NCBI GenBank assembly: GCA_964035575.1
Contig: OZ037842.1
Span: 682,001-746,000, forward strand
From: Rhynchopus sp. YZ270_cl-10
Lineage: Eukaryota
DNA: 64,000 nt
Direction: 5' to 3'
Shown: one piece after another, positions 47,101 through 58,157 of the stretch
Layout: each line of letters opens with the position of its first letter
Numbering within the stretch: position 1 is the first letter of the stretch
The notes under the pieces: generated by a model
Told to the model about the DNA's origin: nothing
Seen by the model: the letters and a program-made list of their open reading frames with translations, nothing else
Database searches by the model: none
Translations under genes and position numbers: made by a program

Positions 47101-50100
47101 GACCTCTGCAATGATCTCCCTGTCCGGCGAGGACATGGCCACAGCGCGGAAGAGCTGCTTCAGGTTGTCAGGCAGCTCGCTACGTCCTGCGTAGCCGGGG
47201 TTCATCGTGATGAAGATGCCGACGTTCTTGTGCATCGGCACGTCGCGGTCCAGGAGGTGCACAATCTGCTTCCCAGACTCGAGGCCCTGCTGGATGATTT
47301 GGATCTGCTGCGACACGGCAGACAGGATGCGCTCCTCCAGACGGTTGAACTCGTCGAAGCATCCCCACGCACCGACCTGGCACAGACCCACAAAGATGCG
47401 ACCCATCGCCTTGAAGTCGAAAGCTTCATCACAACAGAACACAAGCACAAAGCGTCCCAGCACAGTGCCCAGCGCCTTCACGGTCTCCGTCTTCCCTGTC
47501 CCTGCCGGTCCGGAAGGAGCCCCACCCATGCGAGTGTGCAGCGCCTGCGACAGCGTCAGGTAGCATTTGTCTGTCAGAGGTGTCTGGACAAGGCGCTCCC
47601 CAATGCCCAGGTACTCGTAGGAGTATCCGAGAGAGGCGTTCGCAATCTCCAGCATCGCACTGTCGTTCCTGCTGTAGTAACGCATATGGACGAGCCAGTC
47701 GAAGTCGTTGATGTCGCTCGTGCCCTTGTCCGCAAGGCGGCCAGAGGCGTCGCGCTGGTAGACAAGGCTTGTGATGAGGTGCTCCATCTTCTTCCTGCGG
47801 ATCGGGTCCGTGACACTCAGGACCATGGTCGCAAGGGTGGAGAGCAGCTTGACGCACGACGCCTGCACCGACTTAATGTTGCTGCCGCCCTGCAGCCCAC
47901 GCAGCTGCTCCTCGATGAGGCGTGTCCACTCCGTCGCCATCGCAAGCTCAAGGATCTGTGCAGGGAAGCGGTCGATCCAGCCATCCAGGCCCTCCTCGGG
48001 GTTCTTGCTGATCTTGCTAATGGTGGACGAGGCCTCCACACCCTTGTGGCGCAGGGCCTCCTGCATGCACTTCTCAATGGCCTTCAGCCAGTCGTTCACA
48101 GCAGGCACCTTGCCCAGGTCCACAGTGCCACGGAATGGAACGTGCTCCCCCTCAAAGCTCTTCATGCCGGTGACAAGCGGGTGCTGCTCGCTCTCGTCGA
48201 TCTCAAGGAGAGTGATGCCTGCAAACATCTTCTTGAAGTGCTTCTGCACTGCCTGCGGCTCCTTCGAGTGTCCAATGATCTCCAGCAGGTCCTCGTCTCC
48301 CACGAAGTAGAAACGTGGGAAGTTGCGTCTCTGGTTCTCAAGGTAGTCTCCAAGCGCCTTCTGGATGCCTTGCAGCGAGCGCAGCAGACCGCCAAGCTTC
48401 TCGGACACCCCCGGGATGGAGAAGGCCTCGAGAACGAAGGGCGCCTTCTTGACCTTCTGCTGCAGACCTTTGAAGTCAGAGTCGACGCGCATGAACGCCT
48501 GCGTCTCGTTCGGCAGCTGGCGCTTGATGTCCTGGTTCCCAATGAAGATGCCCTCGAGGTAGACCCAACGCCGCTGCACCTCGTACCAGTGGCCCTCCGG
48601 CACACCGAAGAGGTTCTGGATCTTGCACAGCTTGTCCTCCCACGTCGTGCCCTCCTCCTCGAATGCCTTGAAGTAGGGCGACATGCGCATCGACTGCAGC
48701 GAGTTGATGTGCTCCGACAGCTTCTCCGAGATCGTGTCCCAGCCCTTGATGAGCCAGCACTTCCGCTGATAGTCCACAACCTCCAGTTCCATGTCCTGCC
48801 ACGCCTTGCGCACCTGTGCAAGGAACTCTTCGAGAGCCATCTCTCCCTGTGCCTGGCGGATGACGTGCTGGAACGCGTTCTGGTACTTGACCAGGTCGCA
48901 TGCCCACACCTTGCCAAGCGTGAGTGTGGACGCGTTGTCGAAGCCGTCTGCGTGCACGAGCTGCACGATCTGGTTCCAGTGGCGCTCCTTGATGGCATCG
49001 CTGCAGAGGTCTCCGATGATGGGGTTGATCTTGATGAGGCCGTCGATCTTCTCGCTGAGGTCTGTGAACGCGGTGTACGTGCGCATGTTGCTGGGGAAGT
49101 TCTTGAGACGCGCCTCGAGGTCGCGAAGCTGCACAGACACCGTGCGGGAGTTGACCTCCTTCCACGCAGTCTCGCCCATCTTGGCCACCTCCTGGTGGAT
49201 GCTGTCGAGCTTGTCCCACACGTCCTTGAGTGCCTCGATGTCGTCGATGAGGGGGTTCATCTTGCCCATGTCGCGCACGTCCATTGCAAGCGCCTCCTTT
49301 GCCTGGCAGATCTGCTGGAACAGCTCCTTGAGGCTGGTGGCCTGGCCCTGGAAGATGGTAATGACGTTGATCGACTCGCTCGGGCGGGTGCCCTTCTCGG
49401 GCTTCTTCTGCGTCCACTCCTTCTTGAGGGCCTGGAAGCGCTCGTCGCACTCCTTGTCCTTCTCGAGAACGTACTTCTGCAGAAGGTCCTTCTTCGCAAG
49501 CACCTCCTTGTTGCGCGTGTCGAGTGCCGCGTTGAAAGCATCCCACTCGCCACGCAGGCGCTCGATCCACAGCCACTTCGAGGGGAACTGGTCCTGGCGG
49601 ATCTGCTTCTTCAGCGTCTTCTCGCCCTGGGCAAGCATGCCAATCTCTGCCTCCCAGATGGGGTGCTTCTTGCGGATGGCAGGGAGGCGTGTGAGGAACT
49701 TGATCATGTTGTGCGAGTCTGCGGTGAAGTCCATCTGCTCGAGCGCAAGACGCTCCTCGTGCACGTTGTCGTAGAAGGTCTTCATCTTGGTGCCGAGGAG
49801 GCCCATGAACTTCATGAGGAGCTTCTTGTTCGTCTCGTCGTATTTGCGCGACACCTTCTCCTGCACGTTCTCGTAGCAGACGATGATGGCGCCGAAGTTC
49901 TTGCTCGTCTCAGAGGAGTCCATCATGTTCTTCGACTGCTTCACGTCGCCCAGAAGAGAGAGCCAGCTGCTCAGCTCCTCACCACAGAGCACAACAATGC
50001 GGTCCAGCTCCATCTCCCAGAGGGCCTGGAACTTCATCCAGTCCTCGAAGTAGCGGAAGGCCTCCTCGCAGCGTCTGTCGATGGCCTGGAAGGCGCCGTA

Positions 50101-53100
50101 CACAAGGCTGTTCTCGACCTCCTGCAGGACGGCAGCGTACGTCGTCTCCTGTGGCGTCTGGATGCCTTGGCCCAATTCGGCAAGCGACTCGTCGTAGCGG
50201 CTCGCCTGCAGCTTTGGCAGGTGCACAATCCACCCAAGGATCTTCTGGAGGCGGTTGGTCCACTCGGTACGTGCCCTGTCGATGGAGGGGTCGAGCACCA
50301 TGACACGGTTGTGGATGCGGATCTTGACCTCAACAGGCGACATCGAGAAGGCAACCTTCTTGCGCTTCTTCGGCTTCTTCTCGTCGCTGTCGGGGTCCAC
50401 AGGGGCGATCTCCTCGTGGTTGCCGAGACGGTTGAAGTCGTGTGTCCACTGGCGCAGGATGTCTGACAGACGCCCCGCAAGAATGGTCTCAATCTGCTTG
50501 TCCAGCGACTTCACCCACACATTCATGTTGCTGTACTTGTCAAGGTTGAGCTCGTCGAGCACCTTCTGTGTGTCATCAAGCGCCTTGCGGAAGGCTTCCA
50601 CAGCAGGCTCGCACTTCTCAAGCTTCTCGACAGCGCCCTCAATCTGGGTGAACTTCTTGTTGAGCTCGTTGAGGCGGCGGTGGTGCGTCTGCACCACCTC
50701 GTGGAACGTCTTCGCGTACTTGGATACCTTGTTCAGCTCCAGCTCGTACTCCCAGTTGAGGCGCATCCCGACGTTGATCTGTTTGTAGACGTCCTGTGTT
50801 TCCTTCGCAAGCAGCATGCCCCGCGACTTGTCGATGGTCTTCACGTCGCGCTGGAAGAGTTTGGTCGACTCCCACAGTGCAGTGGCGTGTGGGTACACGT
50901 CGCGTGCGGCAACAGCAGTCTCGGCAATCTCGAAGTCGACGTTGCGCATGTAGTTGAGCCAATGCATCGCCTGCACCTCTTTGATCAGCTGCACAATGCC
51001 AGGGTTGAAGTTCACCTCAAGGATGTCGCCTGCAGAGCCCTCCACGATGTTGAAGATGGGCCCCTGCACGTCCACACGTTGTTTCGAGCGTCCGCTGACC
51101 CCCACGTCGTCCTCCTGTCCCTTGTCTGTGAACTGGAAGATCGCCCACTCGTTGCGGATCAGCTTCTTCATGTGCTCGTTCCAGATCTTCATGAGGCGCA
51201 CAATGTTCTCGTTGATCTTCTTCTTGAAGGCCTCGCCCTCAAGACGCAGGTGCGAACCCTCCATGTGCTGCGTCGCAACACCAATGTCCTGAAGCAAGGA
51301 GCGCATCGTGTCGTACGTCGACTCAACATGGAGCTGCTTCTCCATCTTCCCAAGCGACTCGCTGCCCTCGTCGTAGAGCCCTTGCCAGTCCGCCTTGCAG
51401 TCGGAGAACACAACGTCCAGGAACGCAAGCGAGATGGCAGTACCGATGACGCGCAGCTCAAGGTCCTTCGACGCAGGTGTGGTGGGCAGGTTCCCGCTCT
51501 GGCGCAGCCACGCAGACGAGGACAGAGCCTCGCGCGCACGCTTCTCAAGCTGCTTCACGCCGACAAACTCGGCAAGCTGCTCGTCAAGCGTCCAGTAGCC
51601 GTTCATCTGTGCGCCGTCAGACTTCTTGCGCATGGTCTTGAGCCTGTCCCACCCACGCCCGTAGACGTCCTCCACACGCTTCATGTAGGTCTGCAGCTGC
51701 TTCTCAATGGCCTTTGCCCAGATGATGTTGGACGACACCTTCGGGAGATCGCGCACACGCGACATGTTGCGTGCCTCAGAGTTCTCGTACTTGGCGGTGA
51801 ACTTGTCCTTAAGTGCGTCCATGTCCTGCTTCACCTTCTGGATCAGGTTCGCCTGGTACTGCTGGATGGCGGAGCGGATCTTGGGGCGGTTGGATGTGAG
51901 CGGGTTGAACTTGGAGAAGACACGGAACATCTCGATAGCCGTCTGTGCCTCGTTAAGACGGTCGCGGAGCTTGTTGGTGATGTGGAGCTCGACCTTCTCG
52001 ACACGCTCTTCGTAGGCCTTGTGTGCACGCTCCCAGAGGATCTGGCCGTCGTCGGTGACGTCAAGAAGCCTGTTTGAGATGGTCGACTTCGCGTTGTCGT
52101 ATGCCTTCTGCATCTCGGACAGCGCGTCAAGCCCACCAAGGCTGCTCCCTCCGGACGCAGGCATCACCTCCTTCAGAACCTGCGCAAACTTGTGGTGGCC
52201 ACGTCTGAAGATCGACACCTGCTCCACACGCTGCTTCAAGGGAAGGTGCTCCATCTGGACACGCTCGGGGATGTTCGTCCCCTTGAGGGTCTGCTTCTTT
52301 GCCTGCTGCTTGGCGCTTTCGTTGAAGCGTCTGTAGTGTGTAGTCCACTCGCTGAAGAGGGTGTCGCACCCGGCGGTCTCGGTGACGAAGACGTCGTAGT
52401 CCATGTCAAGCAGACCTGTGGAGAGGATCTTGAGGAGCTGCTTGTTGAAGTCGCGTGTGACGGCGTCGATGAGGTTGACCATCCTGGGGATGGGGTACTT
52501 CATCGACTTCACGTGCTTGTTCATGTACTGGAAGAGCCCGCCCACCGCAGCCTGCAGTGCGTCGATGCTGCGTGCTTGGTGCATCTTCTGCAGGGGGAAG
52601 TCCTGGAAGAGCGACAGGTAGTCCTTCACCGTGGTCATGCACTCACGCAGACCGCTCTCGTGCTCGAGGCCGCTCACCCCGGGGAGGAAGACACGGTTGC
52701 TGCGCTTGAGGAGGTCGAGCTGGACGTGCCATTCGCGTTTGTTGAGCTGCTTCTGCAGGTCCACGAGCGTGTCGTACAGGTCGTTCCAGAACTTAATCTC
52801 CTCGCGTGCGTTCGAGAGAACCGAAGAGCGGCGCTTGGTCTCCATCTCGACGACGCTCTTGATGTCCTTGCTGCACTGTTGGAACTGGCGGTTCACAACG
52901 GTGATGTACTCTGCATCCCAGGTCTTGTCCACCGCACTCTGCTTCTCAGCAACAATCTTCCCTGTGACCTGCGTGTTGGTGAGGTCCGGGTAGGCCTGGC
53001 ACTTCTGCTTCACAAGCTCGTTGACGTGCTTATCCAACTCGACCTGCGGGATGCGCATCGAACTTTGGTCTGACAGGTTGACGAGGAGCTCTTCCACAGA

Positions 53101-53604
53101 CTGCATGACTTCTGCCTTCTCACGACGGTCCTTAGGTCTAGCCTCGAGGGAGGCTTGGAGGAGGGGTTCGAAGGTGGACTGCATGAGGCGGAGGAAGGGG
53201 TCGAAGGGGGAGCCGGGTGCGAGAACGCAGAATGAGGTTTGGAGGGAGAGGATCTTGCCTGAGTCGAGGTGTGCGTCGGCAGCGGTTTTGACGAGCGCGA
53301 GGATCGGGAATGCACCTGACTTGACGAGGCGGGCCTCGACGGTGACGACCCATTTGTTAGTGTCGTCGTCGTGGTATGTGAAGAGCACGCCGTTCACGCC
53401 GCAGTCGCCAAGGAACTTCTCGACCGCACCGTCGCCGACATCCTTTGCATCGTTCACAAACGCTGCACTGATGTCGCTCGCCTGCGCACCAAGCACCCCC
53501 GCCGCAAGCGGCTTCAGATACGCCTCCAACTCCTGCGGCACCAAAGGCTGCACCACCTTCACCCCAGCAGCTGCAGCTGCTGGCTGTGGTGGTGCACCAG
53601 ACAT
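38193..53604 (-). CDS. DYNC1H1: Cytoplasmic dynein-1 heavy chain (7 exons, ~4809 aa)
   Basis: P-loops GPAGTGKT, GPSCSGKT, GPPGSGKT and GVAGAGKT, plus WGCFDEFNRL. GT-AG introns at 40922-41079, 40505-40711, 40324-40445, 39332-39494, 39097-39261 and 38229-38395 restore one frame (14430 nt) ending MGCAVNAWQPK*. Confidence 0.95.
40653..40683 (-). repeat. Module C inside dynein intron 2
   Basis: ATTAACCTGAGCCTCTCATGCTTAGTCACCT. Confidence 0.6.
40986..41008 (-). repeat. Module C right arm plus tail inside dynein intron 1
   Basis: TTGGCCACCTTGATCACAATCGA matches 36923-36946 with one indel. Confidence 0.6.
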
Positions 53605-54008
53605 CGTACCGCTTTCGTCAATTCAGGGGGAAAGGTTTTGGGTAAGGGGAGGGGGAACGGGTTCCCAATCGGCCCTGTTTGAGGTTTTGAGTGTGGGAGT
53701 ATGAGGGGGGGGTATGAAGAGCAATGATCCGTGAGGTGCTTTCTTTTATGGCTGTTCTTTCAAAGAGAAAAGATGCGCGAATATATCGTATAGGCGTTTG
53801 CCCCGCGAAATGTTAGTGCCCTCCTATTTACCAGTTGAACGATGGCTCCGTTGGCATCTTACCGAACGAATAGTCTACCGGCACATCCGTGCCTATACTC
53901 GGGGGTCGGGGGACCATCAGAACACCCTGTGGGGTAGGGGATATGGGTAGTGGGAAGTGTGTCGAGGAAGAGGAAGTTCAAAGGTTATGAATACAAAACA
54001 AAAGATAA

Positions 54009-54026
54009 GTTGAAAGTCGCAAACGC
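54009..54026 (-). repeat. Degenerate module A
   Basis: GTTGAAAGTCGCAAACGC. Confidence 0.5.
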
Positions 54027-54170
54027 AAAAAAACAAGGGGTTCGTTGAGTGACTCTGTGGTGTAAACCTGTACCCTCATTTCCAAAAAAATGACCTGACA
54101 CCCCTCAATCTTGAAATCTGGATGCCTGGAAGACACTGGTTCGGCTTTTTAATGGAAGGGGGGGGTGGTT

Positions 54171-55072
54171 TCATACCGGCTCCACAGATATTCTCATCCC
54201 GTCCAGAACCTCGTCGTGGAGGCTGTTGTACACCTCCTCAGCAGCAGCGGCGGTGTCGAAGATGACGAGCACTTGTCGGGTCGCCTTATCGTAGGCCTCG
54301 TGCATCCAGTCGCAGTGCAGCACCTCGCCGTATTCTGTGATGGGTTGTGATGGTTGAAGTAGTTGGTCATGCATTCCGTTAGGCGACCCCCTCTGCTCTT
54401 CTTTTTTGAAGAGAAAACTGAAATGGACTTCCCCTACCCGCTTTGCCTCGCCCAAGGTCAGGGAGGGTTGCACAGTATCAAATCGATGTATATTTTGGTC
54501 AAAAAAGTGAAAGTAGACAAACCTGCGAAGGTATTTTCAAGGTCCGACAGCGGTGTGGTGTAGTCGATGCCGGAGACACAGAGCTTGTTACTGAAGTCGA
54601 CGACCTTGCCTGTACGGGAGGTGAATTCGTGGTTGATTTCCTCGAAGACAGGTCCCTGGAGGGCGGTCCAGCCTGAGTAATGCTGCTGCGGGATGTACAC
54701 TGGGCAGTTCGATGTCTCACCGTTGACTGTCATGTACCCGATTGCCTGCGATGCCTCGTAGGGCGGTCGGTGGTTGTGTATTTCTGTTATTGTCGCGAAG
54801 GTGCGGATCTCGCCGTCAAGGTTCCAGTGGTTGCGTGCAATCTTCCAACCTTTGCCAAGCCCGCTCAGGTGGTTGCAAATAGACACCAATGTCGGAGGGT
54901 CCTGCTTCTTGTCTGCCATCTTCGCCGCCAGTCCTTCCAACGTCTTCTTTGGGTATGGAATGTATTTCCGCTGCGTCCCCCTCGCCTCAGGACGTCCAAA
55001 CGGCCACTGCACACTCACATCTACATCATTCGACGCTGCCGCTGCTCGTTTCAACAAAGTTCGCCTCATCAT
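54171..55072 (-). CDS. Mitoribosomal protein mS34-like domain fused to a C-terminal RRM (2 exons, ~237 aa)
   Basis: Presequence-like MMRRTLLKR. LVSICNHLSGLGKGWKIARNHW...TIT...AIGYMTVNG...GW resembles mS34. A phase-1 intron at 54335-54522 (GTTTGT...CACAG) joins KLCVSGI...LENTFA to EYGEVL...VIF...LDGMRISVEPV, giving an RRM pattern. Confidence 0.7.
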
Positions 55073-55169
55073 ATTTTGAGGTCAATTTTTTCCCTGTAAT
55101 TTGAGTAGGATAGGTGGGGTAAGGGGGGTAAGAGAAGGTGCAAAAATACAACCCCATATTTTCTCTTTT

Positions 55170-55649
55170 CTAGTCGTATTTGTGAGTGGTAGCCAGAGCC
55201 GTCATAATTTCATCATCGCAGCCGGTGCGTCTGTGAAGAACCTCGGCTGCCTTTGCCAATACGAGGAGGTACAGGAGAAAGAAGCCGCCTATCCAGGAGA
55301 GCACGTGGAGGACGAGAGAGACACCTTGGATGACTGCGTGGAAGCCGTGTTCGCGGGCGATGGAGATTTCTGTGAACATGACAGGTGTGTCGACACAGAG
55401 CCAGAGGATGCCGAGGGCCTTCATCATGCTTACCTTGGCTTGATCGTCGTTCTCGTGGAACTCTGCCCTGTACACGAACGGGCCTGAGATGCATATGTAC
55501 ACAATCGCGAACACAACGGTCAACGCTAAATAGAAGACCTGCAGCCCCAGCCCCAGGTACTCCGCCTCCTGCACCCAGTCCACAAGGTTCGCTGTCTGCG
55601 ACGCACCAACAACGCCGTGCCAGAACAAAATATTCAATGGGCGTGGCAT
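55170..55649 (-). CDS. Small multi-pass membrane protein (hypothetical)
   Basis: 159-aa ORF with three hydrophobic segments, preceded by CTAAC...TAG (acceptor-like). It could be the last exon of a longer gene. Confidence 0.6.
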   Translation of the reverse strand: MPRPLNILFWHGVVGASQTANLVDWVQEAEYLGLGLQVFYLALTVVFAIVYICISGPFVYRAEFHENDDQAKVSMMKALGILWLCVDTPVMFTEISIAREHGFHAVIQGVSLVLHVLSWIGGFFLLYLLVLAKAAEVLHRRTGCDDEIMTALATTHKYD

Positions 55650-55812
55650 ATCTACGTTAGGTTACAAGAAAAGGACCCCCTCCTTACCCACACCCAGTCA
55701 TGGTGCGCATTTTGGGTGTTGTGTCTCTGAAGAATTTAATAGGGTTTTGGAAGACAAATGGGTTGGAAATGCACAACACCTCTGTGGCCGTAGAGTGCTC
55801 TGCAGGTAATCG

Positions 55813-55833
55813 GTTGAAAGTGCAAACGCCTCA
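55813..55833 (-). repeat. Module A
   Basis: GTTGAAAGTGCAAACGCCTCA, 20/21 identical to the 5088 copy. Confidence 0.7.
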
Positions 55834-55955
55834 GTTGACAGACCCTAAAGGATATGCAAGAAAGAATAAGAATGAAAAAAGATGGGTCACCGAAAAGCCT
55901 TTAAGTTTGCTGTTCTTTCTCAGCTTTCTTTTTTTTTGTTTGTTTGGCACAAAAA

Positions 55956-56049
55956 GTTGACTTGAAATACAAAACCCTCTCATGACAGTGTACCTTGGTG
56001 TGTGCACCGAGGCGGGCCCCCCGAACCATGCAGTCCTTACATACATTTC
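55956..56049 (-). repeat. Long copy of module B
   Basis: GTTGACTTGAAATACAAAACCCTCTCATGACAGTGTACCTTGGT...ACCGAGG...AACCATGCAGTCCT...CATTTC. Confidence 0.75.
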
Positions 56050-56516
56050 TCTGTCGGCGCCCCACCCCTTTTATTCCAAGCAATTGTACTACGTGGCTGC
56101 CATAACAACCCGTGAAGATAGTGTGATCACTCCTCGAGGTCGCTGATTTGCGAGTCCTCTTGCGTAACTAACCCTCCCCCCCTTCCCTCTCCCCCCCACC
56201 ACCACCACCACCACCACCCCTTCCGAAGGGCGCTGGCTAGAGCGCCAACACGCGCTCTGGTGCCGTCCGTAACGAAGGCACGGTGGCAAGTGCCAACTGT
56301 GGCTTCTTGCCGTGCGAAAACCAAGAGCCACGCAGCGCTATCACGAAGGCAGATAATCTTCGACCTCCCCGTTCTTAAGACTCTCCACCACAGCACCGCC
56401 CACCTTTTGGATGGCCTTTTTGATCTGTTAAGGTGGTGAAGAATTGTGTGGTAAAGAAAGAAAACTTATAAGATGAATGTGCCTCTCGTGCAATACATCT
56501 GAAAAAAAAAAGTGAA

Positions 56517-56536
56517 GCTGAGAGTGCAAACGCCTC
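56517..56536 (-). repeat. Degenerate module A
   Basis: GCTGAGAGTGCAAACGCCTC. Confidence 0.55.
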
Positions 56537-57067
56537 TTGCACTTGGGAGTTGCTTACAATGAAACCATGAAACTGTAAGCATGGTACAGTCATTTCCCCA
56601 AAAGAGAAGACAAGGAGACAAGGTAGGCAAGACGAGGCTAAACCTCTGCGTCGCCTGTAAGAAGAAGTACTGATATCCTGGCCACGGACACTGGGTGAAG
56701 CGACGAGAACCACACAGTGTTCGCGTCTTTTGCGCTGGGCCGAGGATACAGACACCACACTCTGGTGTGATGGCGTTCCAGGTGGCGGTGACCCACTGGA
56801 CACAGGTAGAAGTCGCACCTCTGAGCGCACACAAAAAATAAACCAAAACATAACCATACCCTCTTCCGTTTGTCAAGCAGACGTTCCATTTCTGATACAA
56901 CCGCGGCCTCGTGAAGTGCGTCCTGAGGAAGTGAGATTAAAAAAGAAGTATCAACTAATAACTGTTATATTTTAACCCGCCTTCACCAAACTTATTTAGA
57001 AAAGTACAACACTGCACAAATAGAGAAAACTCTGTGAATAATAAAGGTTGCATATTACGCCGTTGCT

Positions 57068-57922
57068 TCATCTGACACCAGGGTAGAGAGGGACTAAGAA
57101 AGGGCACCAAACGGGAAGGCATACCACAGTCTCCCCTGCGGCCCTTTGCTTGGCGACCTTTGCCTGTTCCTTTTTGACGATCTTTATTTTCTCCATCACT
57201 TGCTCCTTCTTCTTCCGCAGTGCCACCACCTTGGTCATGGTCTCTGGCGGGGTGGCGGCTTTGAGCAGCCGCTTGCGGGGGATGTGGCGGGACAGCTTGC
57301 CCACACCTTCGAGGTCTGCCTCTGCACGCTTTCGCTTTAGCACACGTGGCTCCGGCTGGCCTGCAGCAGCCGTGTCGCCTGGGAACGTGACAGACACGGT
57401 CTGACCTTTGAACGACTTTCCGTCATAGCTTTTTGCCCGTTCCGCCGACCCACGGTCAGCATAGATGAATTCTGCCTTCTGCTGTCGCTGTGCAAGGCGG
57501 TGCGACATAATGGGCCCAATGCCCTGGAACTGCTTAAGGATCTCTGCAGGCGGCAGGACAAGGTTCCGCACCTCAACGTGCGTGGGGGCTGTTGGGGAGG
57601 ACGTCAGTGCCACGGTGGGCACAAGGCCACCGAAGGAAGCTGTTTGTGGACGTGCTGCCACCTGTGCTGCGACCTCAGCATCGTGGTACGTGATAGTCGC
57701 GTAGTGCAAGTTCCCACCCGTCCCGCGTCTGTTGTTAAAAACAACCTCACTCTGCTCGCCACACCCAAACATCTCCTCCAAGTGCCGTGTCCACACCTCG
57801 TCAAGACTCAGCGACGGGAGTGTCACTGCAAGAAAACGCCTCCCCGTGTCATCTTCGCTTGCACGGTCCTGGTCAAACGGACTTGCATTGGACCCTGAAG
57901 AGGACTCATCTGATTCAGCCAT
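57068..57922 (-). CDS. Protein with two RRM-like domains and a basic C-terminus; probably spliced near its 3' end
   Basis: YATITYHDAEVAAQV and HVEVRNL...FQGIGPI...AEFIYADRGSAERAKSYDGKSFKGQTVSVTF. A GTG|GTATGC donor at 57124 suggests an unlocated terminal exon. Confidence 0.7.
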   Translation of the reverse strand: MAESDESSSGSNASPFDQDRASEDDTGRRFLAVTLPSLSLDEVWTRHLEEMFGCGEQSEVVFNNRRGTGGNLHYATITYHDAEVAAQVAARPQTASFGGLVPTVALTSSPTAPTHVEVRNLVLPPAEILKQFQGIGPIMSHRLAQRQQKAEFIYADRGSAERAKSYDGKSFKGQTVSVTFPGDTAAAGQPEPRVLKRKRAEADLEGVGKLSRHIPRKRLLKAATPPETMTKVVALRKKKEQVMEKIKIVKKEQAKVAKQRAAGETVVCLPVWCPFLVPLYPGVR

Positions 57923-58157
57923 CCGGGGCTGACCTGGGTGGGTGGGTGTGGGAACAGAGGGAGAGGGTGTGGGAGGCGTGTGTGTGTATACTGCAAGCCC
58001 CGTGTGGAGATCAAAGGTAAAGGTAAAGGGGGTTTGCTTTCAGTCAACGTCAAAGGCAACACAGCATGGAAATGCTGTGGCCACGTCAATGACCGCTGCA
58101 GACATCGAAAGATGCGCATCAACGTGCAGTCTTTGGATCGATCACAGATCCTTGGCG

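Noticed and set aside
12775..53604. Non-canonical introns or stop-codon reassignment to explain the broken LeuRS and dynein ORFs
   Set aside because: Canonical GT-AG introns restore the frames fully, and TAA, TAG and TGA are all used as normal stops
53792..53801. AGGCGTTTGC, the reverse-orientation core of module A
   Set aside because: Only 10 bp and lacking the GTTGAAAG part, compatible with chance
56089..56900. GC-richer patches that might hold the terminal exon of the RRM gene
   Set aside because: Several possible acceptors exist and none can be distinguished
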